A stretch of DNA of 64,000 nt, taken from positions 2,260 through 66,259 of the forward strand of contig JAPLJV010000061.1 of the NCBI GenBank assembly GCA_026388415.1. The letters are read 5' to 3'. Below the pieces are notes generated by a model. The model was not told where the DNA came from. It did no database searches and saw nothing but the letters and a program-made list of their open reading frames with translations. Position 1 is the first letter of the stretch, and every line of letters begins with the position of its first letter. A program made the translations under genes and the position numbers. Of the stretch, positions 20,139-29,567 are shown piece after piece. This DNA comes from Deltaproteobacteria bacterium. Its GTDB lineage: Bacteria; Desulfobacterota; Syntrophia; Syntrophales; JACQWR01.

Positions 20139-20756
20139 TTATTTTTTCCCGGAGGCGTCAAAATGCGCCCGGCGGTTCCTGGCCCAAGCGTCTTCGGTAT
20201 GTCCTTTATCCAGAGGCAGTTCCTCGCCATAGCTTAAGGTCTTGATTCTCTTGGCATCAATGCCCATGTCAACGAGGAATTTAGTTGCCGCATTGGCGCG
20301 CCTTTCCCCCAAGGCCAGGTTATATTCGGCGGTGCCTCTTTCATCGCAGTGCCCCTCTACAACAATCATGACATCCTTATTTTTATTCAGCCATTCGGCA
20401 TGATTCTTAAGGCTCGCCCGCGCTTCATCCTTAAGGTTGAATTTGTCGAAATCGAAACGGATATCGGCCAATTCATAAAGTTCCCTGGCAGGCACGGCTA
20501 CTGCGGCGGTCGTTGCTGCTGGTGCTGCTTTATCCGCTCCCTCCAGCACTGGCTCACCTACGGAAAATTTCGCTTTTGCCGGGGCCTTTTCAACGGGAGC
20601 CGCTTGTTCTACCGGCTTGGCCTCTGGCGCCACGGCCGCCGGCGCCATCGGCGCCACCCTGTCTTCTTGGAGGGCTTCTTTATTAGCGCTGCAACCACCG
20701 ATAAGCACCATCATCAATGCAAATACTAATATTACTAACCCAACGTTTCTTCTCAT
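20139..20756 (-). CDS. pal: peptidoglycan-associated lipoprotein Pal (OmpA-like domain)
   Basis: ATG at 20756 has an AGGAG RBS. The product has lipobox LIGGCS and an OmpA_C domain (IRFDFDKF.L....L..HA.WL......V.VEGHCDERGT.EYNLALGERRA). Confidence 0.9.
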   Translation of the reverse strand: MRRNVGLVILVFALMMVLIGGCSANKEALQEDRVAPMAPAAVAPEAKPVEQAAPVEKAPAKAKFSVGEPVLEGADKAAPAATTAAVAVPARELYELADIRFDFDKFNLKDEARASLKNHAEWLNKNKDVMIVVEGHCDERGTAEYNLALGERRANAATKFLVDMGIDAKRIKTLSYGEELPLDKGHTEDAWARNRRAHFDASGKK

Positions 20757-20939
20757 AATCTTCACTCCTTTCTTCATCATCACTAAAGTTTTCCTAAAGG
20801 TGCAATCCCCCCCCAGGATGGATAAAGAATAATGGTAAACTGCTACCGCTTTATAACGCAAGTTCACGACACATTCAACATAAAAAAACATTTATTTTTC
20901 CGGTCCCTGGTACGAACGGAGCAGCTCATCCATATAGAG

Positions 20940-22301
20940 CTAAGGAATGGTCTTAAAACGGGAAGACCAGGAAGCAGAAACGCATTCCCCGGACCCTTCA
21001 TACAAAAGCCGCAAGTTCAATCCGGAGGCGGTCATGATATAAATTTTTTTCTTATTGCCGTTACTTTTGCTGAAGGCTAAATACCGGCCGTCAGGTGACC
21101 AGGAGGGAGATTTGCCCTCGCCGCTGTCAAAGGTCAGTTGCTTCACGTTTTCACCGTCCGGGCCGATGGTAAAAATCTGGAACCTGCCGTCTATCATGCC
21201 TTCATAGGCAATCCGGTCGCCCTTGGGAGACCAGGCGGGAGAGGTATTGTAGTTCCCTGCATAGGTAAGCCTTTTGGCATTATTGCCGTCTGCGTCCATG
21301 ATATATAATTGCGGAGATCCGGAACGATTCGATACGAAAGCGATCCTGCCTCCATCAGGGGACCAGACGGGAGAGACATCAATAGCATAATTGTTTGTCA
21401 AACGTTGCAGTAGCTTACTGCCGAAGTCCAGCAGATAAATCTCTTCATTGCCGTCTTTGCTCAAGGTTATCAGCACCTTCCTGCCGTCGGACGACCAGCC
21501 TCCAGACAAATTAATGCCCCGGAAAGAACTAATCTTCGTAATGGCGGCATTAGTCATATCCTTGACGTAGAAATCCGGGTTCCCCCCCTCAAAGGAAGTA
21601 TACGCCAGATATCTGCCCTCGGCAGACCAGCGTGGAGACATAAGAATTGTCCTGCTCTCTATCTCTTTTACCAAATCCGAACCGTCGTAATTTATGGAAA
21701 GGATGTCCGTTGCCTTGCCCTTTTTCATGACGAAGGCGATCCGCGTGCCAAAGACACTCCCGTCTCCCGTAAGGGCAAGCAGTATCTCCCCGGCAAATTT
21801 ACGGAGCATGGTCTTGCCATCGGCAGCCTTGCCCACATACTTTTTCCCGACTACGACTTCCGCCTTTACCACGTCATAGAGACGACAATCCAGGATCAGT
21901 TCGCCGCCCCGTTGCTGAAAACCTCCCTGCACCAGATATTCCGCCCCGATCGCCAGCCAGTCGGCAAAGCGGATGTTTTCCGCAGGGGCATTGGCGGACG
22001 CTTTATTATCATCGAGATACGCCTTTTTAGCGACAACATTGAAAAAAGCCGTTATCCGCAGGAGGCTGGAAAGCTGGTCGGCAAGCAGGGCGGACTGATT
22101 ATCGGGCAAGCCATTTTTCCCGGCCAAGTTCCGGAAATCCGGGACAGCAATGACAAATTGCTGCCAGGCAGGGGAATCCATGTCTAAGTAAACCTTGTCG
22201 GCGCTATCAGCACACTCGGGAGCAAAGAATAAAATCGCGCCCAGTAAGATGAGGCTTTTAAAAATAAGTCTGGTTTTAAAGCCGATAATACACCTCTTCA
22301 T
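20940..22301 (-). CDS. tolB: Tol-Pal system beta-propeller protein TolB
   Basis: 453 aa with repeated PxWSPDG propeller motifs (SPRWSAEG, SGGWSSDG, SPVWSPDG, SPAWSPKG, SPSWSPDG). Confidence 0.95.
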   Translation of the reverse strand: MKRCIIGFKTRLIFKSLILLGAILFFAPECADSADKVYLDMDSPAWQQFVIAVPDFRNLAGKNGLPDNQSALLADQLSSLLRITAFFNVVAKKAYLDDNKASANAPAENIRFADWLAIGAEYLVQGGFQQRGGELILDCRLYDVVKAEVVVGKKYVGKAADGKTMLRKFAGEILLALTGDGSVFGTRIAFVMKKGKATDILSINYDGSDLVKEIESRTILMSPRWSAEGRYLAYTSFEGGNPDFYVKDMTNAAITKISSFRGINLSGGWSSDGRKVLITLSKDGNEEIYLLDFGSKLLQRLTNNYAIDVSPVWSPDGGRIAFVSNRSGSPQLYIMDADGNNAKRLTYAGNYNTSPAWSPKGDRIAYEGMIDGRFQIFTIGPDGENVKQLTFDSGEGKSPSWSPDGRYLAFSKSNGNKKKIYIMTASGLNLRLLYEGSGECVSASWSSRFKTIP

Positions 22302-23065
22302 TTGAATTCGGCAGAATGAAAGCGGATGCCGATTTCAATGCTGCCGTCTCTTAGTTCCTCCGGCAACGGCGGCAAGGGATTGGCCTTTTTGACAGTCCGC
22401 AGCGCGGCATCATCAAAGTAACGGTTGCCGGACCGCTTCTCCAGACCAACATTCGTAATCGTCCCATCCCTTAATATTTGGGCGTGCACCACCGCTTCAA
22501 TGTTTTCGCGGGGCAACAGACCCTGGGGAATGGTCCACAACACTTTGATCCTCGACCAGATTACGGCATAGTAGTTCCTCATCCTGGCATTCGCGTCCCC
22601 CCCCCCGTCGCTGAGCCTGGCAGCGGATGACGCCTGCGACGTTATCCGCGACGCCCCCTGCGAGGCCGGCGAGGGCGCCGATTGCTCCGCTGCCGCCGGA
22701 ACATTCTTTCTAATTGCTTCCAGCGCCTTTTCTACGCTACCGAAGGATTTTTTTCGCGCTTCTACGGGAGTAACAGGAACGGGAAGTGAATCCAGGGATG
22801 ACCTGTTAAGCATGGGCTGGCGGGCAGGGACGTAATCTAATATGTTTCTCGCCGCTGTCTCCGCGCCTTTCTTTTCCAGCAAACTGGCCGGCATACTTAC
22901 CAATTGGACAGAGTATACCGGGCCGAAAGTCAATTTGGGCATAGGCAATAGCGAGCGTGAGAAAACAAGGAGAGACAAAACAATAAAATGGGCCACCAGA
23001 GACAGGAAAATAATGCCGTGCAAGCTTGGCCCTCCGTCTCCGGAGTTGCTTCCCTCCAGATACAT
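22298..23065 (-). CDS. tolA: TolA-like protein (TonB C-terminal-type domain)
   Basis: 255 aa with an N-terminal TM helix, an Ala/Ser/Pro-rich linker and a C-terminal TonB_C-like domain (YYAVIWSRI...P..). It lies between tolR and tolB, with overlapping stop/start codons on both sides. Confidence 0.65.
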   Translation of the reverse strand: MYLEGSNSGDGGPSLHGIIFLSLVAHFIVLSLLVFSRSLLPMPKLTFGPVYSVQLVSMPASLLEKKGAETAARNILDYVPARQPMLNRSSLDSLPVPVTPVEARKKSFGSVEKALEAIRKNVPAAAEQSAPSPASQGASRITSQASSAARLSDGGGDANARMRNYYAVIWSRIKVLWTIPQGLLPRENIEAVVHAQILRDGTITNVGLEKRSGNRYFDDAALRTVKKANPLPPLPEELRDGSIEIGIRFHSAEFK

Positions 23066-23490
23066 TATCTGGCCTCCTCCGGAGGTTCGGTAATCATCCC
23101 CAGCTTGTCTACCCCGGCCTTCCTGACTTCAGACATAACCTCCACAACAAAGCCATAGGGGACGTTCCTGTCCGCCCGCAGGAAAAGGTCACGGTCAATC
23201 TTGGCGGCAAATATGTTCTCTAACTTGGACCGCAGATCCGGCAGGGTGACCTTGCTTTTGTTCAGGAAAATCTCTTTGGCGCCATTAACGGTCAGCACGA
23301 GCTTTTCTTCCGTAACATCCACGCTCTTGGATTTCACGCGCGGCAGATTCACATCAATGCCCATCTGCAGCATGGGTGCGGCGACCATAAAAATGATCAA
23401 TAGCACCAGGACCACATCCACCAGCGGTGTAACGTTGATCTCGGAAAAGGATTTGCTTGCCAAATAATCACGCCTGCGTCCGTAATTCAT
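23065..23490 (-). CDS. tolR: biopolymer transport protein TolR (ExbD family)
   Basis: 141 aa with the EINVTPLVDVVLVLLIIFMV signature of ExbD/TolR. Confidence 0.85.
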   Translation of the reverse strand: MNYGRRRDYLASKSFSEINVTPLVDVVLVLLIIFMVAAPMLQMGIDVNLPRVKSKSVDVTEEKLVLTVNGAKEIFLNKSKVTLPDLRSKLENIFAAKIDRDLFLRADRNVPYGFVVEVMSEVRKAGVDKLGMITEPPEEAR

Positions 23491-23496
23491 TTTTCC

Positions 23497-24240
23497 CTAC
23501 CGCTTGGCATAAAAACGCTCCAGAATATTCAGGAGTTCGGAAACAAAGCCATCCATCTCCATAACCATAATTTTGATATTGTTCTGAAAATAATTATAGA
23601 ATACTACGGCCGGTATGGCCGCCGCCAGTCCTGCCGCAGTCGCCACCAGGGCCTCCGATATTCCGGGCGCTACGACAGCCAAAGTTGCCGACCCTTTGGC
23701 GCCGATACCCCGGAAGGTATCCATGATGCCCCAAACCGTGCCAAAAAGACCGATAAACGGACAGACGCTGCCGGTAGTCGCCAGAAAACCAAGGGTGCTT
23801 TCCATCTTGGTAATCTCCGTGCTGCAGGCGCGATGGAAGGTGCGTTCGATATTGTCTATGCCCTTTATCTCCAACACTGCTGGCGCTGATCCTTCCGAGG
23901 CGGGGGGTGTTTCTTTCATGAACTTGTTGAGAGTGATCTGCTCCGCATAGCCTGCCCGGAAAACCTTCGCCACATTGGAATGCAAAAATTTATTGGATCC
24001 GGTAAAAACCTCGGATAGTTTGCCGCTCTTCATATACATTGCCAGAAACGTGCTGTTTTCCTTCCGGGCTTTTTTGAGCAGACGGTATTTCATAAAAATG
24101 ATCGCCCAGGAAACAACCGAAAAGAAAAGCAGGGATATTAATACGAATTGGACCATGAAGCTGGCATTGATGATCATGTCCAAGATGCTGCCGTGGAACT
24201 GGCCGCCCAAATTTACGTTCGTGGTAGAAACCTCTTGCAC
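23497..24240 (-). CDS. tolQ: proton-channel protein TolQ (MotA/TolQ/ExbB family)
   Basis: Three TM helices and the conserved LATTGSVCPFIGLFGTVWGIM and APGISEALVATAAGL motifs. GTG at 24240 has a GGGGAGG RBS; the longest ORF starts at 24261. Confidence 0.85.
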   Translation of the reverse strand: MQEVSTTNVNLGGQFHGSILDMIINASFMVQFVLISLLFFSVVSWAIIFMKYRLLKKARKENSTFLAMYMKSGKLSEVFTGSNKFLHSNVAKVFRAGYAEQITLNKFMKETPPASEGSAPAVLEIKGIDNIERTFHRACSTEITKMESTLGFLATTGSVCPFIGLFGTVWGIMDTFRGIGAKGSATLAVVAPGISEALVATAAGLAAAIPAVVFYNYFQNNIKIMVMEMDGFVSELLNILERFYAKR

Positions 24241-24320
24241 TCTTGACCTCCCCAAGGGCATTTTGATAGAATCGCGTTATATCTATTTAAAAAAAGCTGC
24301 ATTGTCAACAGCTCTTTTGT

Positions 24321-25265
24321 TTATAAATCTTCGGGCACAAAAGCCACCACGTCGTCAATAGTTGACCGGTCCGTCAGGATCATAGCCAATCTGTCAATGC
24401 CCAGCGCGATGCCGGCCGCTTCCGGCATGGAGGAGAGGGCCGTTAAAAATCTTTCGGGAACGGGATAGGCCGATTTCCCCACGGCTGAGCGCTCTCGTTC
24501 AGATACTTGAAAGCGTGTACGCTGCTCTTCGGCATCGGTCAGTTCGGAAAAGGCATTGGCCAGTTCCAGTCCTCCGATATAGAGCTCAAAGCGTTCCGTA
24601 AGCGAGGGGTCGCCTTTTTTCGCCCTGGCTAAGCAACCGGGATGCAGGGGATAATCATAAATAAATATCGGTTTGGCCACGCCCAGCTCCGGTTCTATGT
24701 GACAGGCCATCATCTCGTCAAAACATTCCGTCCGCAGGGCTTCCGACATGGACAGCGGGGCATGGAGATCAAAGGCATCGGCCACGGTGATCATCTCCCA
24801 GGGCGGCTGCAGGCTGACGCGCCTCCCCTGAAAGGAAAGGGCGCCGCCGCACCCAAGCTCATTGAAAACAAAGGACAGCAAATCCTGGCATTCCGTCATC
24901 AATTTTCTGTAGTCGCTGTCGGCCTGATACCACTCCAGGATGGTAAATTCGGGCAGGTGCCGCGTGCCCCTTTCCTTACTGCGGAAACAGCGGCATATTT
25001 GAAAGATGCGGGGATAGCCGGCAGCGAGCAGCCGTTTCATGCACAGTTCCGGCGAGGTATGTAAAAACCAGTTACCGCAACTCACGGCATCTATATGCGT
25101 CTCCGGCGCCGGCGCTGGGATCAGTAGGGGGGTTTCCACCTCCAGATAACCATGGATAATGAAAAAACGCCGCATGGCCTGGATCATTGCCGCCCGCCGC
25201 CAGAGGAAATCCCTTTTGCCTGCCGACGGACCACCTTCTTCTACTGGAGGCCTATCCTTTAACAC
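24321..25265 (-). CDS. epmA: EF-P lysine-34 lysyltransferase EpmA (GenX/PoxA; LysRS catalytic-domain paralog)
   Basis: 314 aa with a class II aaRS core (FFIIHGYLEVETP; EFTILEWY; GIALGIDRL) and no anticodon-binding domain. It lies adjacent to efp. Confidence 0.85.
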   Translation of the reverse strand: MLKDRPPVEEGGPSAGKRDFLWRRAAMIQAMRRFFIIHGYLEVETPLLIPAPAPETHIDAVSCGNWFLHTSPELCMKRLLAAGYPRIFQICRCFRSKERGTRHLPEFTILEWYQADSDYRKLMTECQDLLSFVFNELGCGGALSFQGRRVSLQPPWEMITVADAFDLHAPLSMSEALRTECFDEMMACHIEPELGVAKPIFIYDYPLHPGCLARAKKGDPSLTERFELYIGGLELANAFSELTDAEEQRTRFQVSERERSAVGKSAYPVPERFLTALSSMPEAAGIALGIDRLAMILTDRSTIDDVVAFVPEDL

Positions 25266-25815
25266 GGGTCATATATTCCCCGGTGCGCGTATCAATCCTG
25301 ATCTTCTCGCCCTGCTCAACAAAGGGAGGCACCTGGATCTGGTAACCCGTCTGCACGATGACGGGCTTGGCATTGCCCGATACCGTGTCTCCCTTGGCCC
25401 AGGGATCGGCTTGCGTCACGATCAAATCCACGAAATTGGGGAGGCTCACGCCTAACGGCCGGTCCTCAAACATCAGGACTTCTGCTTCGATATTATCAAT
25501 CAGAAAATTTTTCGCGTCGCCTACCTGCAATTCCGTTAGAAAAATCTGTTCATAACTCTGATTGTCCATGAAGCAGTATTTCTCCCCTTCCTTGTAGAGA
25601 AATTGCATCTTTTTCTCTTGCAGGTCGGCAGATTCAAAGGTATCCACGGAACGGAAGGTCCTTTCAAACTGGCTACCTGTCAGCATATTCTTTAACTTGG
25701 AGCGATAGAGAGCCTGACCTTTACCGGGCTTGACAAAGTTGAACTCCGTTATGATATAGGGTTCATTGTCAATTTTTATTCTGAGTCCTTTTTTCAAATC
25801 ACTGGCAGTGTACAT
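25252..25815 (-). CDS. efp: elongation factor P
   Basis: MYTASDLKKGLRIKIDNEPY...VKPGKGQA contains the modifiable Lys in the PGKG loop. ATG at 25815 is preferred to GTG at 25827. Confidence 0.95.
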   Translation of the reverse strand: MYTASDLKKGLRIKIDNEPYIITEFNFVKPGKGQALYRSKLKNMLTGSQFERTFRSVDTFESADLQEKKMQFLYKEGEKYCFMDNQSYEQIFLTELQVGDAKNFLIDNIEAEVLMFEDRPLGVSLPNFVDLIVTQADPWAKGDTVSGNAKPVIVQTGYQIQVPPFVEQGEKIRIDTRTGEYMTRVKG

Positions 25816-25871
25816 ATAAATTTTCACTCCTTATTTTGTGTAGGTGAACTGTATCACGTTATACCATAAAT

Positions 25872-26897
25872 TTACAGCGGAATTTTCCCTCGCTCCCCCG
25901 TATCAAGAACGTAGGCGGGCAGGCAAAGTCCCGAGATATTGCTCCTGAGTTTTCCCATCATCTCTATCCCCTGTTCCATATCCGCCCGCAAATGGTTCGT
26001 GCCGGCCACGGCGTCGCCCTGAAAGAGGTAATATGGTCTGACCCCGATTCGCTGCAGTCCGTAGAGGAGAGCCTGCATCGCTTCGTAAGAATCATTTACT
26101 CCCTTCAGCAGCACTGACTGGTTGGAAAGGGGCAGACCCGCTTCCAGCAGCATGGCGCAGGCCCGGGCTGAATCATCCGTGATTTCATTGGCATGATTAA
26201 ATTGGGTGTTGAACCACAGCGGCCGATGTTTGCGCAGCATTCGACAGAGTCTTTTCGTGATCCGCATCGGCATGACGACTGGGATACGGCTCCCGAGGCG
26301 AATCACCTCGACGTTGGAAAGAGCGCGCAGCGCCCCGAGGAACCAGTCCAGCAGCCCTTCACTCAAGGTCAGGGGGTCGCCGCCGGAAATTATCACCTCC
26401 CTGATACCCGGATTTTCAGCTACGTAAGCGACCATCGCCTGCAACTCCGTTTTGCCGGCCACGTGAGCATTATTTCCCCACCGGCGTTTGCGGTTGCAAT
26501 GCCGGCAATAGGTAACACAGGCATTCGTCACCATGACGAGGCACCGGTCCGGATAGCGGTACACGAGACCGTCAAGGGGCATATTATTTTCCTCCGCCAG
26601 CGGATCGGCCAGTTCTCCCGGGGCATGATCCATCTCCCGCAGGTCCGGGAAACACTGCCTGGCAATGGGATCATCGGTATCATCACGGTCCACCAGGGAA
26701 AGATAGTAAGGCGTAATACAGTAAGGGTAGGCACTGATGAGTTTCCCGTACCAGGCCGCTGCCGACGGAGGATAATGAATCAAGGCTGCTAACTGCTCCC
26801 GGGTGTGGAGACGCTGTTGATATTGCCAGCGCCAATCGTGCCAATCGTCATGAGAGATGTTATTGCTCCAGGGAATGCAAATTTTTCCTTTTATCAT
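25872..26897 (-). CDS. epmB: EF-P beta-lysylation protein EpmB (lysine 2,3-aminomutase family, radical SAM)
   Basis: 341 aa with the radical-SAM motif CVTYCRHCNRK, plus KamA-family motifs (ISGGDPL, FNTQFNH). Confidence 0.85.
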   Translation of the reverse strand: MIKGKICIPWSNNISHDDWHDWRWQYQQRLHTREQLAALIHYPPSAAAWYGKLISAYPYCITPYYLSLVDRDDTDDPIARQCFPDLREMDHAPGELADPLAEENNMPLDGLVYRYPDRCLVMVTNACVTYCRHCNRKRRWGNNAHVAGKTELQAMVAYVAENPGIREVIISGGDPLTLSEGLLDWFLGALRALSNVEVIRLGSRIPVVMPMRITKRLCRMLRKHRPLWFNTQFNHANEITDDSARACAMLLEAGLPLSNQSVLLKGVNDSYEAMQALLYGLQRIGVRPYYLFQGDAVAGTNHLRADMEQGIEMMGKLRSNISGLCLPAYVLDTGERGKIPL

Positions 26898-27009
26898 GTT
26901 GTATTTATCGCCACTCCGGGGACGTCAGCACTACCATAAATAAAAATGGCTGAAAAGGAAAAGTTTGCCGCCGGAAATTCCCCGAAACGACAAGTTTCAG
27001 TTAGATTAA

Positions 27010-28155
27010 TTAAAAAACCTTCTTCAAGAGTTCTCTGGCGATGACTGCCTTCTCAACCTCTTTGGAGCCTTCATAAATCTCGACAATCTTGGCATCCCGG
27101 TAGAATCTCTGGACATCGTAATCGGCGATGTAGCCGTAGCCTCCGTGCAGCTGCAGGGCTTCATTCGTCACATATACCGCCGTGTCGCCGGCATACCATT
27201 TCGCCATGGAAATGAGGCCGGGATCAACCTTCCCGTGGTCGAGTAGATAGGCTGACCGCCAGTAGAGACCACGGGCCGCCTCGATCCGTGTTGCCATCTC
27301 GGCGATCTTGAACTGGAGCCCCTGGAGTCCGGCCAAGGTCCCCCCGAAGGCCTTTCTCTTTTTTATATGCAAAATCGCGGCTTCCAGCGCTCCCTGGGCA
27401 ACACCGACACCCTGGGCCGCCACATGGTTTCGCGTCTTGTTGAAGAAATCCATGAGCTGATAAAAGCCCCGTTGCTCCTGACCTATCAGATTTTCCGCCG
27501 GTACTTCCACGTTATTGAAATTAACCTCGGCGGTATTTGAGGCCCGGATCCCCAGCTTGCCGTGGATTTTTGTGGCTTCATAGCCGGGGGTTGCAGTCTC
27601 GACTAATATGACACTGAATCTCTTGTGAACATCTTTCTCCTCCGGGTGCGTGAGGGCATAGACGAGTAGGTTATCGGCGAGACACCCGTTGGTGATAAAC
27701 ATCTTCGACCCGTTGATGATGTATTTGCTGCCCTGCTTCTCGGCCTTCGTCTTGATCATGGTCACATCGCTGCCGGCATCGGGTTCGGTAATGGCAAACC
27801 CGATCATTGCCTCTCCCGCTACCAGAGGAGGAAGATATTTCTTCTTTTGTCCCTCCGTGCCAAAGGCCTGGATCATTTCCGACCCGAAAGTACAGGAAAT
27901 AACCGCCTGTCCGCATCCGGGATCAACCCGCCAAAACTCCTCCGCGATGAGGGAATGCTCCAGGAAACCGAGTCCCGCACCATCATATGCTTCCTTAATA
28001 AACGTCCCGACAAAGCCGTTTTTCGCGGCCTTTTTCCAGATAGCCGGATCGAACTCTTCCTTTTCATCAAACTCCTTTGCCCTGTCCCTGAATTCACCCT
28101 CGGCAAACTCCCGTGCTGCCTTTTTGATGTCAACCTGTTCAGCCGTCAATTCCAT
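27010..28155 (-). CDS. acyl-CoA dehydrogenase
   Basis: ATG at 28155 has an AGGAG RBS (MELTAEQ..). ACAD motifs present: TEPDAGSD, KMFITNG, QLHGGYGY, YEGSKEV. Confidence 0.85.
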   Translation of the reverse strand: MELTAEQVDIKKAAREFAEGEFRDRAKEFDEKEEFDPAIWKKAAKNGFVGTFIKEAYDGAGLGFLEHSLIAEEFWRVDPGCGQAVISCTFGSEMIQAFGTEGQKKKYLPPLVAGEAMIGFAITEPDAGSDVTMIKTKAEKQGSKYIINGSKMFITNGCLADNLLVYALTHPEEKDVHKRFSVILVETATPGYEATKIHGKLGIRASNTAEVNFNNVEVPAENLIGQEQRGFYQLMDFFNKTRNHVAAQGVGVAQGALEAAILHIKKRKAFGGTLAGLQGLQFKIAEMATRIEAARGLYWRSAYLLDHGKVDPGLISMAKWYAGDTAVYVTNEALQLHGGYGYIADYDVQRFYRDAKIVEIYEGSKEVEKAVIARELLKKVF

Positions 28156-28381
28156 AATTAGTCTCCTAACCCCAATAAGCGGGATAGGTGAGTCTAGAAC
28201 GATCATTCTGTTTGTCAAGAAGAATCTGGACAGAGGTTATTCTATGATTTCCGTGTGAATAATGAATACGGGGTTCCCAAAAAAGAAATATTCATTTATT
28301 AATTCTTGCTGTAGGCTTATAAAAGCAAAATAATTTTAAGTTATCTGTTCGGATAACGCCAAAAGAAAGTGAGGAATACCT

Positions 28382-29539
28382 ATGGAATTCGAACTGTCGA
28401 AAGAGCAAAAAGAAATTCAACGAGCGGTCAGAGATTTCGTAGCGGGTGAATTTAAAAAAGAGTTCATCCTGGAACTGGAAGAAAAACATGAATATCCGGT
28501 CCAATTGTGGGAAAAGGCTGCCGAACTGGGCTTCATCGGTATTCATTATGATGAAAAGTACTCTGGCCAGGGATTGGGAGTCATGGAGAATATTCTGGTC
28601 GCCGAAGAACTGTGTCGGGGTGATTCTTCCGTAGGCGCCTGTATTATTTTAGCAAATTTTGGTTCTGAAATTATCCTGCATTTCGGCAGCGAAGAGCAAA
28701 AATTAAAATGGCTGCCACAGCTCGCCACCGGCAAAGTGCTTTCCTGCGGTGCCTTTACCGAACCCGATCATGGATCGGATATTACCTCGATGAGTACCAC
28801 CGCCTTCAAAGACGGGAATGATTGGATCATCAACGGCAACAAGATGTTTATTACCAATGGGGGACCGCTCGCCGGATTCTACTGTGTTTTGTGCCAGACC
28901 GATCCCCATGCGAATCCTTCTTATAGAGGGCTGAGTCTGATTCTGGTCGAAGCGGATCGGGCGGGCGTTTCTGCCAGCAGTGTCGGGCACAAGATGGGCA
29001 TTCGGATGATGAACTCGGCAGAAGTTGTTTTCAGCAATGTCAGGGTTCCGACCGAAAACCTGCTTGGCAAAGAAGGCAACGGATTCTACCAGGTGCTTGC
29101 CTTCTTCGATGAAAGCCGGATACTGATCGCCGCCCAGGCTTTGGGGACTGCCCAGGGCGCCTTTGACCGTGCTCTGGCGTATGTCAAGTCTCGAAAGCAG
29201 TTTGGCAAGAAAATCGCTGAGTTTCAGATTACTCAACACAAACTGGCGGATATGGCGACGAAGATCGAGATGGCCAGGCTACTGGTTTATAAAGCAGCCT
29301 GGAATTGTGATCAGGGACGGACTGATCCCAAGCTGACTTCCATGGCAAAAATGGCTGCCGCCCGCACCGCCGTTGAAGTTTGTGACGAAGCCATTCAACT
29401 TCTGGGCGGATACGGCTATATGCTGGAATACGAAGTAGAGCGTTTCTACCGGGATGCCAAAATTACCGAATTGTATGAAGGCACGAAAGAAATTCAGAAG
29501 AACACCATTGCCGGTGCGCTGCTCGGAAAGATAAAGTAA
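28382..29539 (+). CDS. acyl-CoA dehydrogenase
   Basis: 385 aa with the motifs TEPDHGSD, KMFITNG, QLLGGYGY, YEGTKEIQ. It is divergent from its paralog. Confidence 0.85.
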   Translation: MEFELSKEQKEIQRAVRDFVAGEFKKEFILELEEKHEYPVQLWEKAAELGFIGIHYDEKYSGQGLGVMENILVAEELCRGDSSVGACIILANFGSEIILHFGSEEQKLKWLPQLATGKVLSCGAFTEPDHGSDITSMSTTAFKDGNDWIINGNKMFITNGGPLAGFYCVLCQTDPHANPSYRGLSLILVEADRAGVSASSVGHKMGIRMMNSAEVVFSNVRVPTENLLGKEGNGFYQVLAFFDESRILIAAQALGTAQGAFDRALAYVKSRKQFGKKIAEFQITQHKLADMATKIEMARLLVYKAAWNCDQGRTDPKLTSMAKMAAARTAVEVCDEAIQLLGGYGYMLEYEVERFYRDAKITELYEGTKEIQKNTIAGALLGKIK

Positions 29540-29567
29540 TAGATAGCAAAGTGCGTTCAAGCTAAGG

